Source of the DNA: Narcine bancroftii
Taxonomy: Eukaryota
DNA: 64,000 nt
NCBI RefSeq assembly: GCF_036971445.1
Contig: NC_091469.1
Location: 189,596,001 to 189,660,000 of the forward strand
Direction of reading: 5' to 3'
Within the stretch, counting starts at the first letter, position 1. Each line of letters begins with the position of its first letter. Position numbers and translations under genes: made by a program. Shown piece by piece: positions 24,440 through 37,689 of this stretch. Under the pieces are notes generated by a model. It did no database searches, was not told the origin of the DNA, and worked only from the letters and a program-made list of their open reading frames with translations.

Positions 24440-25790
24440 ACAAAAGTGCGGCGGAAATTCACACACCGTCCACGGGATGTAACAGGCCGTCAACGTTTTG
24501 GGCCTGAGCCTTTCTTCGGGAGTCTCGAAAATCAGGCAGGTGTCTGAACAAAAAGGTGGGAGTGGGGAAAGGGCAAGAAGAAGGGGAAGGACATGGGCTG
24601 ACAGGTAAGAAGTAATAGTTGGATGCAGGTGGAAGGATAGAAGAGAAAGGAGCTGAGAAGTGAGAGGGCAAAGGTCTGAAAGTTAGCTCTGATAGGAGAA
24701 GGGGTTGGGGAGTTGGAGGAAGGGACAGAGGAATGAGGGAAAGAAGGACTGGAAGAGGGAATTTATGGAAATTGGAAGTCAATATTAATGCTGTAGGGTT
24801 GGAGACTGCTGAGATGGAATACTAGGTGTTGTTCCTCCTATTTGCGGGTGGCCTCAGCTCAGCAGTACATAAGGCCATGGACATACATGTCACTGTGGCA
24901 ATGATGAGTGGAATTCAAGTGTTTGACCATTGAGAGGATCTTGTTGTTGCAGTGGACAGAGCGAGAATGGTTACTGAGGTAACATCCCAGTCTGCAACCA
25001 GTCTTCTTGATGTAGAGGAGGCTGCATTGGGAGCACTGGATGCAATAAATGACCCCCACAGTTTCACAGGTGAAGTGTTTCTTCACTTGAAAGGACTGAT
25101 TGGGGCCCCGAATAATGGCAGGGGAGGAGGTGCAAGTGTAACACTTCTTGCAGCCACAGGGGTGATGGATTAGGGAGTCGTGGTGGGAGCAATCCCTACA
25201 GAAATGGGAGAGGGGAAGGGAAATATGTCTGGTGTTGGTATCCCATTGCAGGTGACAGAAATTGCAGACAATGGTATGTTAGCTACTGTAGCTGGTAGCA
25301 AGCATGAGGGGAATCCTTGTTACTTTTGGGAGGAAGGGGAATGGGGCCACGGCAAATGTGGGGGAAATAGAGGAGATGCAGGTCAAGGTTGAGTTAATGG
25401 GAGTCAATGGGAAGCCATGTTTTCTGAGAGCAGATGCAGTGGAGATGGAGGAATTAAGAGGAAGGAATAAAATCCTGAAAGGACCGAAGGTGGGGAGAGG
25501 TGTGGTCAAGGTAGGAGTTAGTGGTTTATAGAAGATGTCTGTAGATCATCTCCAAAAATGGAGAAAGAGAGATTGAGAATGGCGAGAAAGATGCCAGAGA
25601 TGGGCCAAGTGAATTTTGAAGTCAGGGTGGAAGTTGGTAGCAAAGTGGATAAAGTTGATGAGTTCATCATGGATGCACCAAAGTAGTCGTCAATGTAATA
25701 GAGGAAGAGTTGAGAAGCCTTGCCTATGTGCAAGCTTGCAACAAGGATTGCTTCACATATCCAATGAAAAGATAGGCCTAACAAAGACTC
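24440..25790 (-). mobile_element. Penelope-like retroelement (RT end + GIY-YIG endonuclease + 3' tail), decayed
   Basis: SQLFLYYIDDYFGAS (RT, ORF 25518-25805). KHFTCETVGVIYCIQCSQCSLLYIKKTGCRLG (GIY-YIG with CxxC, 24859-25086). Pyrimidine-rich tail, then GAAGAAAGGCTCAGGCCCAAAACGTTG. Confidence 0.9.
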
Positions 25791-27234
25791 ATGAACAGAT
25801 TGCACACAAAATTTTGGTTAAGTTCATTTCCCTCCCCAGTGCTAAATTTTCTCCATCAATTAACCGGGCAAGGAGCTAATGACATGGATGTGCAAATAGA
25901 AAGATGATAACAACAAGCATTTAAAGCAAGTTTGATGGCGTAAATATTCCAAAGGATCTTCACGGTTGCATTATTAAACAAGAAGGGGTGTGTGGCATCT
26001 CCGTTTTCAGTCACACTTCATTGTGACACTCCTTACGAAACTGCTAGCTGCTGGTTCGGATCCCAGTCAAGGGCACAAAAGTTTATTTTTGTGGCCTCCT
26101 CAGGTGCTCTACTGAGGTTGAAGAGAGGAGCATAAACAGGCTCAAGATTCAATAAGATATGCCTGGAGAGAACATGATTGAGGGATGTGATGCATGATTG
26201 GGAATGAGATGAATTCTGAAGCTTCATCAGGCTCATAGCTAGTTTGTTGTTGCCAGGTTTGTGTACTGATCTTTGTCCATTCTCATTCTTAATATCAGCC
26301 TGAAAATCATATACGGGTCCTTTAGGGAAATGTGTACTATAAATCTGCAGCTGTATTAACAGGGGCATGGTTGAGTGAATTTTTTAATGTTGAGACAGTC
26401 TTTTCTCAAATCACAATTTGTTACATTAATTTCAGCTGTTTAAAGGCCTCATTTTGTCCATAATAAATGTTTTACTTCTTGGGATGTGGGCAACACTGGG
26501 AATCTGGGTAACATCGGAAAAGGATGTTGATGTATCGACTGGTGAGCAGAAAAATGGAAGCCTCTTCCTCCAAAGATGGTGTTTCCGTTGCATCGGGCAG
26601 TTCTAGAGTAGAGGGATGAGGGGTCACTTCCCCCATTTTCTTCAAACTATTTCCGCCAAGGCTGTAGCTGCAGTCACCAGTGGTGCTGTGAAATAAACGA
26701 CTCATCTGCTCTCTGAGCAGACGGGAAAAAGGAAAAGACATTAGCAAGTGGGAAGGATGGTTAATATTCAAAGGGTTAACTCTAGGACCTTTGTCTCTCT
26801 GGAGTGTGCACCCTCTTAAATAACTAGCTCATATAACAACCACCAGTGCCATCTGTTAGGCAGAGTCTAGTCACTATGCATTATTCAGCAGTGTGCTCGT
26901 GGAAACCTCTTCAGCTTCTGGGAGATTATTCATGCAGAAGTTACCTTGGAGGCACAGATCAGGTGTTGAGTAATTCAACACGACTGCACAGGACTGCAGT
27001 GTTTGTTCTGCCTTTCCAACACCCCAGCAGTGTCCCCCCTCCGCACTATTATATTACTAGCTGCCTCCATCGCCATGTTTCCCCACTTCACAATCTCCCC
27101 CCATGGGTCCCCCTCCCACATTCCTCCCTGTCCTTCCCAACATTCTCTTCTCCAACACGAGAACCTTCCCCACACATCATCTCTCAACTCGTCACCTCCT
27201 TCTCCAATATTCTCTTTCATCCCGTGTTCACAAG

Positions 27235-27600
27235 GAACGTTCAACAAGGAACAGGCCTCTCCAGCCTGTCCCGTATTTCAACATGATTGTGGCAGATCAA
27301 CACTGGCCTCCTTCTTGCCATTTCCTCATAACCCTTACTTCCCTATAAAATTACCAAAATATATCTACCTCCACTTTAAATACTTCTAATGACCCTGCCT
27401 CCACAACCTCTGTGGAAAGTGAGTGCAGAGATTTACTAGTCTCTGTGAAAAGAAATTCCCACTCACATTAAATGATCAGTCCCATGTAATGATGTCCCCT
27501 CACTCAAGATTCTCCCATGAGTGAAACTATCTCAACATGTACCCTGTCAACCTGCTCAGGATCTTACACATCTCAGTGAGGTTGCCTTATTATTACCTTT
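27235..27600 (-). mobile_element. CR1 LINE 3' fragment
   Basis: TTTCCTCATAACCCTTAC...CTCCACAACCTCTGTGG...CTCTGTGAAAAGAAATTCC is the CR1 3' pattern. Confidence 0.7.
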
Positions 27601-27789
27601 GCCTCAAACACTCAACCTTCCTCATCCTTCTTTCCATATCTCGGCATCTCCCAAATCTTCCCCTACTGATCATCTGACCCCTCCCCGATTCCTACCCCTC
27701 TCTACATTCCTCCCATGAAGTACCTTCTCCCTTTATTGATTATCCCTCACATTCTGTTCTGTTTCACTAGGTTGTATAATTTATAATTT

Positions 27790-30372
27790 CATTAGATAGG
27801 GCAGGTAACAGAGCTATGTGTGGGGAGCACTTCGGCTCCAGTGATCATAGTACCATTAGTTTCAATATAATTATGGAAAGGGGTAGGTCTGGTCCAATGA
27901 TTGAGGTTTTTGAGTGGGGAAAAGCCAGATTTGAAGAGATGAGAAAGGATTTGTGAGGAATGGATTGGGATGATTTGTTTTATGACAAGGGTGTAGAGGA
28001 GAATTGGAGGTCTTTTAAAGGTGAGATGTTGAGGGTACAGAATCTTTATGTTCCTGTTAGGATAAAAGACAGAGCCAAAAGTTTGAGAGAGCTGTGGTTT
28101 TCAAGGAAGATTAGAAATTTGGTTTGAATGAAAAGGGAGGCCAACATTAAATCTAAGAAACGAGGTATAAACAAGATGCTTGGAAAATACATTGATTGTA
28201 AAAAGAATCTTAAGAAATTGGGAAAGTGAAAAGAAGATATGAAGTGGCTATAGCAAACAGGGTGAAAACAAATCCAAAGGGTTTTTACAAATATGTAAAT
28301 AGCAAAAGGAGAGTGAAGGGTAAAATTGGTCCCTTGGAGAATCAGAGAGGATAAATGTGTCAGGAGCCAAATGAAATGGGAGAGATATTGAACAAGTTAT
28401 TTTCTTTGGAATTCACTTGGGAGAAGGATATTGAATTGTCCAGGATAAGGAAGAAAAAGGGGTAATTATGGAAAATGTAGGAATCAGGAATGAGGGGATA
28501 TTGGAGCTTTTGAAGCATATAAAGGTGGATAAGTCTCCAGGTCCAGACGGATTTTCCCCAGGACCTTGAGGGAAGTCAGGGAAGAAATAGCAGAGGCTCT
28601 GACAGTGATTTTTTTCTCCCCAAAGTTATTAGAGAGGGGCATAGGCCCAGAGGATTGGCGTATCACACATGTGATTCCTTTGTTTAAAAAGGGTTCAAGG
28701 AGTAAGCCGAGCAATTATAAGCCTGTAAGTTTGACTTCAGTACTCAGTAAGTTAATGGAAAGTATTCTTAGAGATAATATATATAAGTATCTAGAGAGAC
28801 AGGGTCTGATCAGTTTGACAAATCTCATTGAATTTTTTGAGGAAGTGACTGGGAATGTTGATGAGGGTAGAACAGTGGATGTTGTCTATATGGATTTCGG
28901 TAAGGCCTTCGATAGGGTTCCACATGGAAGGTTGGTAAGGAAGGTTCAGGTGCTAGGTATTAATTTTGAGATAGTCAAATGGATTCAACAATGGCTAGAA
29001 GGTAGATACCAGAGAGACATGGTGGATAACTGTCAAGATGGAGGCTGGTAACAAGTGGTGTGCCTCAGGGATCAGTATTGGATCCCTTGTTGTTTGTCAT
29101 TTATATTAATGATTTGGATGATGGAGTGGTAAACTGGATTAGTAAATATGCAGATGATACAAAGATAGGTGGAGTTGTGGATAGTGAAGAAGGTTTTCAT
29201 AGATTGCAGAAGGATTTGGATTGCTTAGAATTGTGGGCTGAAAGATGGCAGATGGAGTTTAATACTGAAAAGTGTGAAGTTCTTCATTTTGGAAAGAATA
29301 ATAAAAATAGGACATATGCGGTGAAGAGGATGGCATTGAAGAATGCAGAAGAACAGAAAAATCTAGGAATAATGGTTCATTGTTCTTTGAAGGTGGATTC
29401 CTGTGGATAGAGTGGTGAAGAAAGCTTTAGGTATGCTGGCCTTTATAAATCAAAGCATAGAATATAGGAGTTGAGAAGTGATGTTGAGACTATTCAAGGC
29501 ATTGGTGAGGCCGAATTTAGAATACTGTTGTGGTGTGCTGTTAGCCAGAATCTGACTCACACAAGGTAAAGACTGTACAACAGGCTTTAATCCACAAAGA
29601 CTTCCACAGAGCCAGGCTGGCTGTAGCTACAGTAACTCTGAGTGAGACTTCGGGAGGCCAGCGCAGGCTTATATCCCAGAGGGTGATTGACACCTGACTG
29701 GGTGGGGCTTGATCCCTTCAGGCTGACATTGACAGCCGGCCAGGTGTTCTCCTGTCCCCTTACACTCCTGCAGGTACAGAGGTTTCCCACTGCAGTAGGC
29801 CGGCGGTGTACCACCACAACTGTGTACAGTTCTGGTCAGCAAATTATAGGAAGGATATCAATAAGGTAGAGAGGGTGCAGAGATAGATACTAGATAGATA
29901 GATAAATTCTAAAATGTTTCCTGGATTTCAGAACCTAGATTACAAAGAAAGATTGAGTAGATTAGGTCTTTATTCATTGGAGTATAGAAGTTTGAGGGGG
30001 GATTTGATAGCGGTATTTAAAATCATGAGGGGGATAGATAGAGTAGATGTGAATAGGCTCTTACCTTTGAGGGTAGGTGAGATTCAAACAAGAGGTCACG
30101 AGTTGAGAGTTAGGGGACAAAGGTTTAAAAGTAACATGAGAGGGAACTTCTTCACTCAGAGAGTGGTGACTGAGTGGAATGACCTTCCAGAAGAGCTGGT
30201 CGCAGCAGTCAATTTTGTCATTTAAATAAAAGTTGGATAGGTATAATGGGAGGGGATTGGAGGGTTATGGGCAAAGTGCAGGTAGGTGGGACTAGAGGAG
30301 ATCACTTAGATTGGTATGGACTAGAGGAGCCGAGATGGCCTGTTTCCGTACTGTAATTGTTATATGGTTATA
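27790..30372 (+). mobile_element. CR1 LINE ORF2 (APE end to 3' tail), frameshifted, split by a solo LTR
   Basis: HFGSSDHSTI near 27830. ORFs 28566-29051 (PLFKKG, NYKPVSLTS, YMDFGKAFD), 29060-29410 (PQGSVL, KYADD) and 29914-30225. Tail GGCCTGTTTCCGTACTGTAATTGTTATATGGTTATA. Confidence 0.95.
29529..29818 (-). mobile_element. Solo LTR (290 bp) with 5-bp TSD
   Basis: Termini TGTGGTG...CACCACA (7-bp inverted). TSD ACTGT at 29524-29528 and 29819-29823; removing the insert restores CR1 GAATACTGTGTACAG. TATAA and ATTAAA on the minus strand. Confidence 0.9.
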
Positions 30373-31102
30373 GAATCACTGATCATAGCAGAGTGGGTGG
30401 GTGATCCCCTTCACCCAGCCTTCTTCTAAACACTGAACCATCTGTGAGCTGCATCTTGCTGGGTGTCATCTCAGAATATTTTCTACTATTTTCTTGTTAA
30501 CTTGCTGACAGTCTATTATACAATAACAATTAGTTGCTCCACTTTAACCTTGCACCAAAATAGAGGCTTGCAACTCCCTGGAACGTATCACTCAACATCT
30601 TTATCACAGATATCAAAGGAACAATGAGCATTACAGTTTGTCACTGTCCACAATTTTGTCTTTACAACCACATTTTGACATGAGCACTGTCCGCAGGGAT
30701 TGATTCCAGAAACAGAGAAGGCCAGACATTACCAATCCGTGATTGTCAATAGAAGATCCTAGTATCTATCTCCCCCACACCTCCACCTTCTACCATTCAC
30801 ATCAGTAGATGGTCCGGAACAGTCAATGATGTTCAGCTGCCAATTTGATATGTCAGTTGTTGCCAGTTGCATGCAACAAGATTTCATTAACACTGGCAAT
30901 AATGATCAGAAGATGACTGTTCAGTGCCATTATTCCTTTCCCTGAATTCTCTAACCTCCATGACATAGACAAGAAATCTTTAGTGAAGACATCACCCATC
31001 TTATGCGGCTCTGCATTGATCTTTAAGGAAACCTATTCTCTCCCTAGTTACCTTTATTTTTCCCTTAAGTAGTCAGGACATTTTGAGGAGATCATATTTT
31101 AA

Positions 31103-31576
31103 GACAGCATCGAGTCCACGCTGCTGAAGATCCAGCTGCGCTGGGTGGGTCACGTCTCCAGAATGGAGGACCATCGCCTTCCCAAGATCGTGTTATATGG
31201 CGAGCTCTCCACTGGCCACCGTGACAGAGGTGCACCAAAGAAAAGGTACAAGGACTGCCTAAAGAAATCTCTTGGTGCCTGCCACATTGACCACCGCCAG
31301 TGGGCTGATATCGCCTCAAACCGTGCATCTTGGCGCCTCACAGTTTGGCGGGCAGCAACCTCCTTTGAAGAAGACCGCAGAGCCCACCTCACTGACAAAA
31401 GGCAAAGGAGGAAAAACCCAACACCCAACCCCAACCAACCAATTTTCCCCTGCAACCGCTGCAACCGTGTCTGCCTGTCCCGCATCGGACTTGTCAGCCA
31501 CAAACGAGCCTGCAGCTGACGTGGACATTTACCCCCTCCATAAATCTTCGTCCGTGAAGCCAAGCCAAAGAAAGAA
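31103..31576 (+). mobile_element. RTE-clade LINE, 5'-truncated copy 3
   Basis: ORF 31145-31519 near-identical to the other copies. (GAAA)n tail. Probable TSD ATTTTAA at 31096-31102 and 31577-31583. Confidence 0.93.
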
Positions 31577-31609
31577 ATTTTAAAACATGCTGCAAGGTGG
31601 CAGAAACAA

Positions 31610-32240
31610 TGAAGTTCAAGTTCATTATCATCCCACTGTACCTGTATTACCTGACAAAACAGCATTTCTCTGGCCCACCATGCACACATATAAACACAAA
31701 ACAAAGCACATAATAATCAAATATATACATAAAGATATAATTTCAAATATATTTAAATATTTTGGAATAATTTATCCATTTCATTTGTAAGAGTCCCAAG
31801 GCTACAGGATACCATTCATCAATCTCAGTCTGCAGGGAAAAAACTATTTCTCAGCCTGGCAGTCCTGCTTTTGATGCTCCTGTACCTGCATCCTGTTGGC
31901 AGTAGGTCAAGGACAGTGTGATGGATGGAAAGAGTCCTCAATAATTCTTTGAGCCCTATTTAAGCAATACTCCCAGTGACTGTTGTCGATAGAGGAAAGG
32001 GAGACCCCAGAGACATTCTCGTCCATTTAGATGATCCTCTGTATTGACTTCTGGCCCAATGCTTTTCAGCTGCCACACCACACATGACACTCTCTATTGT
32101 GCTTCTGTAAAAAGTTGTCAAGATGAGGACGGTTAACCTTACCCACCTCAACTTCCTTAGGAAATGCCGTACTTTTGCACTTTCCTCACTAAATGATCCA
32201 GGATAGGTTATCTGTTACATGCACACCAGGGAACCTTTGT
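31610..32240 (-). mobile_element. Rex1/Babar-like LINE 3' fragment
   Basis: ORF 31960-32151 LTTFYRSTIESV (cf. LENFYSCTMESI at 50451), followed by a tail. Confidence 0.7.
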
Positions 32241-32399
32241 GCAATACTGTAAGGAATAGGAATGCCATCATAGAATAATACTAATTTTCTGTGCAGATGG
32301 AGGCTATTTGGCCCAGCATGCCTATGCAGGGCAAAGGTGGATTCATGTTAATCCCATTTCCCAGCAGCTCAACTCATTGAATACTCATCCAAATTCTTA

Positions 32400-33090
32400 A
32401 AATCAGAATTTATTATCATGAACAAGTCATGAAATTCAGTGTTTTGTTGCTGCATCATAGAGCAAACATTCATATTATAACTAGCTTACAACATTACTAT
32501 AAAAAAATTAAAATAATAGTGCTCGAAAGGTAAGGAGTATCTTTAGCCCCTTTCACACTGGCATCCCAGTAAATCAGCCATTCAGTGTCCCGGGATAGGA
32601 TACGAATGGGGGTTTGGCCTTTCATACTAGACCACTCCTAACTGGGACACTGAATGCTTTCACACTTGCAAGGGTTTATCCCCAGCGCTTGGTCTGTTCT
32701 ACCTTTAATAGGAAGTTCCTGCAATGCAATTGCCCATTTTACACTTGCCTGACCTCAATACTGGCATCTGCAGACGCTGGGGATTGTACTAGGGGTTGGG
32801 ACCAGCAAACCCCAGTGTGAGATGATGTCATCTGATGCCAGCGTTGAGCAGATTTTGATTTCACACTTGCCACTTTAAAGGCCAATTGGTGTTCGATTCC
32901 TGGGATCACTGGCAAGTATGAAAAGGGCTTTTGGTTCATTGATTATTCAGGAATCTGATGGCAGTAGGGAAGAGGCTTTCCTTCTGCCATTGAGTACTCG
33001 CCTTTAGGCTCTTGATGGTAGCAGAGTGAAGAGGGCATGGCCTGGGTGGTGGGGGGGGGGGGGTGGATCTTTGAGGGTAGAGGCTACCTT
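32400..33090 (-). mobile_element. Rex1/Babar-like LINE 3' end, interrupted by a MITE
   Basis: AATCAGAATTTATTATCATGAACAAGTCATG and TTTGGTTCATTGATTATTCAGGAATCTGATGGCAG match the reverse complement of the tail at 50800-50977. Confidence 0.8.
32545..32929. mobile_element. Harbinger/PIF-like MITE
   Basis: TIRs AGCCCCTTTCACACTGGC / GCAAGTATGAAAAGGGCT. 3-bp TTT duplication at the insertion point in the Rex1 tail. Internal TTTCACACT motif copies. Confidence 0.75.
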
Positions 33091-36000
33091 TTTTTTGGTG
33101 TTGATATTTCTGCCTTCATATCCTTGTGCAGCCAATGGTTTACAGACCTCCCACACTCAATGGGGAAAGACATTCTTCTCAAATCCCCTCTAATTCTTTT
33201 ACCAATTGTTCACTCTTTCTGGGCTCTTTGTAATTTTATGCTCCCTTCAGTCTTTTTGTTCTAAAGAAGATTGTCCCAGTTTATTTTATTTCTGCTCATA
33301 ACTATATTTCTCCAGACATGGTGACATTCCTGTATGTCAACTCTTCAATCTCAATAAGGCGAGCATATTCTTCTTGCGGTATGGTGACCAGAAATGGACA
33401 TCCATCTGGTTGTGATCTAATTAATATCTTGCAGAATATGAGCATGACATCCTCAATATACTATCCCTCAACCAAAAAAAGAAAATATTCATTTGGGTTT
33501 TTAGCCATCTTGTCTATTTGTTGTGGCACCTCACATTTTCCAGCATTCTCCATATCATTCCACTGTACTTATTTGACATAATGAACTCATCGATTGTAAA
33601 GAACAAACTGAAAACCAAAGCTTGATGATAATTTTCTGTTTGCAGTGGGTTCTGATAACAAATTTCACATCTATATAATGCAAGTTAGTCTTTGAATTAA
33701 TTTCAGATGTTTTTGTGATTTAGTGATTTCATTTTTAATTGGTGTGATTAAAAAAGAATGCGAAGTTGACTCATCTTCCGAGTAAGAGGCTTTTTATTTC
33801 AGACATCTGGCTGTTTTTTGGCACTCCTTAGGAATGTTGACTGTCTTTTACTTTCTTTGGATGCTCAGTGACCAGCTGAGTTTCTCCTGCACTTTTGTGT
33901 ATGACACAAGATCTCAGCATTTACAGATTTCTTGTTTACTTCTTCATTGTGGGGATGTGATGCATTTAGAGGGCAACAGGGGAATGGGACTGATGGGATT
34001 ATTCTGATGGGAACAGGCATGGACCAAATAGGTTACTCTTTGGAAGTGAAAGAGAAAACTGAAGCATTTACAGCTGCCATTATGAATGAATGATATTCTC
34101 GGCTTGCTCTTGAAATTCCTGCCATTTTCTTGTTTATTTGATTCCTTCCACACGATGTCAAAAATAACTGAGAACATGAATTACTTAAATTTATTTCAAT
34201 TTTAAAAAAAATTCTCTTGCATGTTGCTCGCAACTGTCACCCGGAGGCTAATTTCTGGGTTTGCTGAACCACCTGAGCAGGTTTGCAACCCTAAAATTTG
34301 GACCCCAGGGCCAGATTAATAGTGAATGCTTAGCCACAGAATGTTGCAAATGTTGCTCTACACAATGATAATCAGTAGCTAAGTAGCTCATTGAGTGCGT
34401 TATCGTGCAAGTGTGAAGACCTCAGATAGGTCTTGATTCTCTCCATGATTCAATAACTCACAACCAAAGAATGGGAACTTCAGTAAAATGTAGGGCCTGA
34501 GTGGGTGAGCAGAAAATGAAACACCACCTATTAATGTAGATTCTCCAGAGAACTCCCTCACTGAAGAATGGGCAAACAAAAAATAATGCTGAATAGTAAA
34601 AGAAGACACGCCCAAAAGATGAGCAGAGAAGGGTTTAAAGAGCATCTTAACAATGGGGAGGTATAGAGACTGAAATTAGGAAGGAATTCCTCAATTTAAA
34701 TCTTCTACCAATGGCCGATCTTATAAAATCATGGATACCAAGATGCCAGAATCAGCACAGGTACTCGAGCAGAAGAAAATGCTGAATAAATTACAGAAGA
34801 AGGGAAGAACAAATCATGAAAGGAATTGAAAATCAGGAAGCCAATGTGACACAGAGGTGGTGGGTGAATGGCTTCAAGTCCAAACAGCAGCAGGAGAACT
34901 TTGGTGAACTTTTTTTATAAAGAGTAGACCAAAAAGAATCCTCTTGGAGTGTATTGGAATAGTCAGGTCCAGAGGACCCAAAGTTGTAGGTGAGGATATC
35001 ATTAACAAACCAGTTTGGATGAGAGCTGGGCTAAAAAGAGATAAAAGAAAATTGTGTTATTTTTAACAGAGAAAGTGCCTGTGGATTATAAACACTCACA
35101 TGCTTACATGAGTTTATTTTAGTTCATAGGGAAATAGTCTAATTGTAAATGTCAATCTTTGCCTTTGTGTTTCGGAATGAAAAAGCACAGAGTGCAATCA
35201 TTCCCCAAAGCACATTACTCAAGGAGTAAAATCTGAGCTTCTCTCTACATTTCCTTCAGGACAGGACTTTGAACATTAATTTCACTAACAACCTGGGTCT
35301 GAAATCTACCCCTCACTTCTTCAGTCACCCAATGATTTCTATAGTTAGAACATCTTGAAAAATGTATTTTTTCAGATCTGTTTTCTGGTTTCAATTCTCC
35401 AACTGGCTTTGTTTACTGTAACTGGGAGTTCTCTCTCCAGTGAGGCTTCTTGACTCAGGTACCCAGCTTGGGAGGTCTGAGTGAAGAAATGTCTCCTTTT
35501 GTGGGAATGTTACAGACCACTTGCATTGTGCTATATAAAGTGCAGCACTGAAACGGGCCTCTTGTTCCATCTGATTCATATTGGTGCTGTTGCTCTACAT
35601 CAGTCTCCTTCTACTCGCCTCATTCCATCCATTCCCTCACTAATTGTTGAAGTGCATGAACCCCTCCTACTCCGCACTTCAGCAAGTACCAGTATAAACA
35701 AACTATCACCCAACTACATCGGGGGCAGATGATTGGTTTTAAAGAGCATCTTAAAAGAGGAGGGAGAGGTAGAAAGTGGAAATATTCAGAGTGGAAATTT
35801 AAGAGCTTGGGAGCCAAGGTTGCTTATGGCTTAGCTGCCATTGGGGAGACACAAAACTCGGCAATAAAGTGGAGAGTACAGATTCCCAGTCTGTAGGGAT
35901 AGGGGATGTACGAAGGGATTTGGAAATAATGGTGAGAATTTTAAAATCAAAGTATCGCCAGAACAGTAATTCTGAGTAAAGGTGGTTGTTCTGAAATGTT

Positions 36001-37689
36001 TCTCTCTCCAAAGATGTTGCTGAGAACTAGATGTTTATTTTAAATAACTGTCTCTGTGATGTTTTACTTTTTGAGAAGCAAAAGGTGATACATTGAATGA
36101 AAAACCCCATTGTATTGAAGGCAAATAGAAAATGAGGCAAGAGACAACAAAAGGTTTTCTGGAGATTTGTTTCTTTACCCAGATGCTGACCCCTTATCGG
36201 AACTTTGTGTTTGGTGTTGAAGCTGAGAGATCGGATTGATTAGGGCCCATTTTTAAGGCAGGAGTAAATCAGGTTTACTGTGGTTTAGAGGTTAAATCAC
36301 ACCGATTGTGAAATTGGATTAGGATCTCCTGCCTTTGATCTGCTGTTTGCGTAATTTTCTTTTCCAGCCTTCCTGACAAAAACCAAAGCAGATACAACGA
36401 GGAGGAGTCATCTCAGGTGGTGCAGTTACGAAGGTGGCCTCCTTTCCATTCCTTGCTCCCTGAGCTGAACTGGAGGACAATAAATGTAGTGAGGAACATT
36501 TTAATTGTCATTCATTTAAAATTATGGTGAGGAATGCAGGAGGCACAATATCAGTGGTGGATGAGGTCTGGGTAGTGTTTGACACCTTGGGGGTGCATAA
36601 GGGTTGTGGATGGATTAACACTCCTTGTATCTGTGTGGGTGAATGCACCTGTATAGGAGACCAGGAAAAATGGTGCACATCTTTCCTTGACAATACTAGT
36701 GAGACTGTGATTAATTTTGTGATATTATTCCATTGCCCCTGGATTGTTGCTCATGAAACAGCCACCTCCTATCAATCTTCTAATGGAAACCCTGGCAGAT
36801 ATTCTGCTACTGCTACTGCCCCCTCTTCTTAACCTCCCCAAAACATTCCTGCCAAGCTCGACAGCCCCCTGCATGAATTTCCTTAACCCAGGAGGGTTAA
36901 GTCCCTCTCAGTAAACTTTGGTGTCTCCTACTCAGCTGACTTTAATGTTCTTTGATGCCATGTAAAGCAATACATCTTTGTTTGTGATGCCATAACCTGA
37001 GTTTGCAGAACCTGTCCACCAGGGGCACACACTAGCGCTCTGTTCCATTCTTCTCAAATAACTGTGCAACTGACTTAACAACGTGTCAATTTCATTCGAT
37101 TCACATATCCTGCTCTTGCAAAGAGATGGGGTTTGAGGTTCGACAGATCATTTATGTCAGGGAGAATGCTGAATTGCAAACCCATTAAATTTCACTGCAA
37201 TGGAATAACAGTGATTGCTTTTCAATTCAATACACAATTTACTTAAATAACAGCACTTGCTTTGATATTGCACTTCTAGGATAACTTATGCCCCAAAGCA
37301 CTTTGCTGGAACCAACTCAAATAAACAACAGCTGAGCTCATGAAGGAGATAGTAGGACTCGTAGGCTATCCCCAGTCAGAGGAAAGTTTTGAAAGCTGAC
37401 TTAGAATGGTTTTGGGGGAGGCGAGGAGCAATTGGAGAAGATAAAAGCAAAGGATTTGAGATGAAATGTAGTGAATTAAGGGCCCAGGCACAACTGCCTA
37501 CAATGGGGTAAATGAAGTCACAGCTACCAAGGGACTAGACCTGGAGGAATACAAAATTCTCAAAAGATTTGGGTAGGGTTGAGTGGAGCAGGTTGCATAT
37601 TTAGGAAGGGGTAATGGAAAATGAAAGTGTTCCACACCTCTTGAGGAATATCCAGCAATATTTCCATGAAATCCAGCATCAGATTTGAG

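Noticed and set aside
26844-26860. CTCF-like motif (reverse CCTAACAGATGGCACTG)
   Set aside because: Two core mismatches; such matches are expected by chance in 64 kb.
30600-30900. Minus-strand KCGCK-containing stretch as a DNA-transposase Cys-rich tail
   Set aside because: Only a few residues, with stops; cannot be supported without a search.
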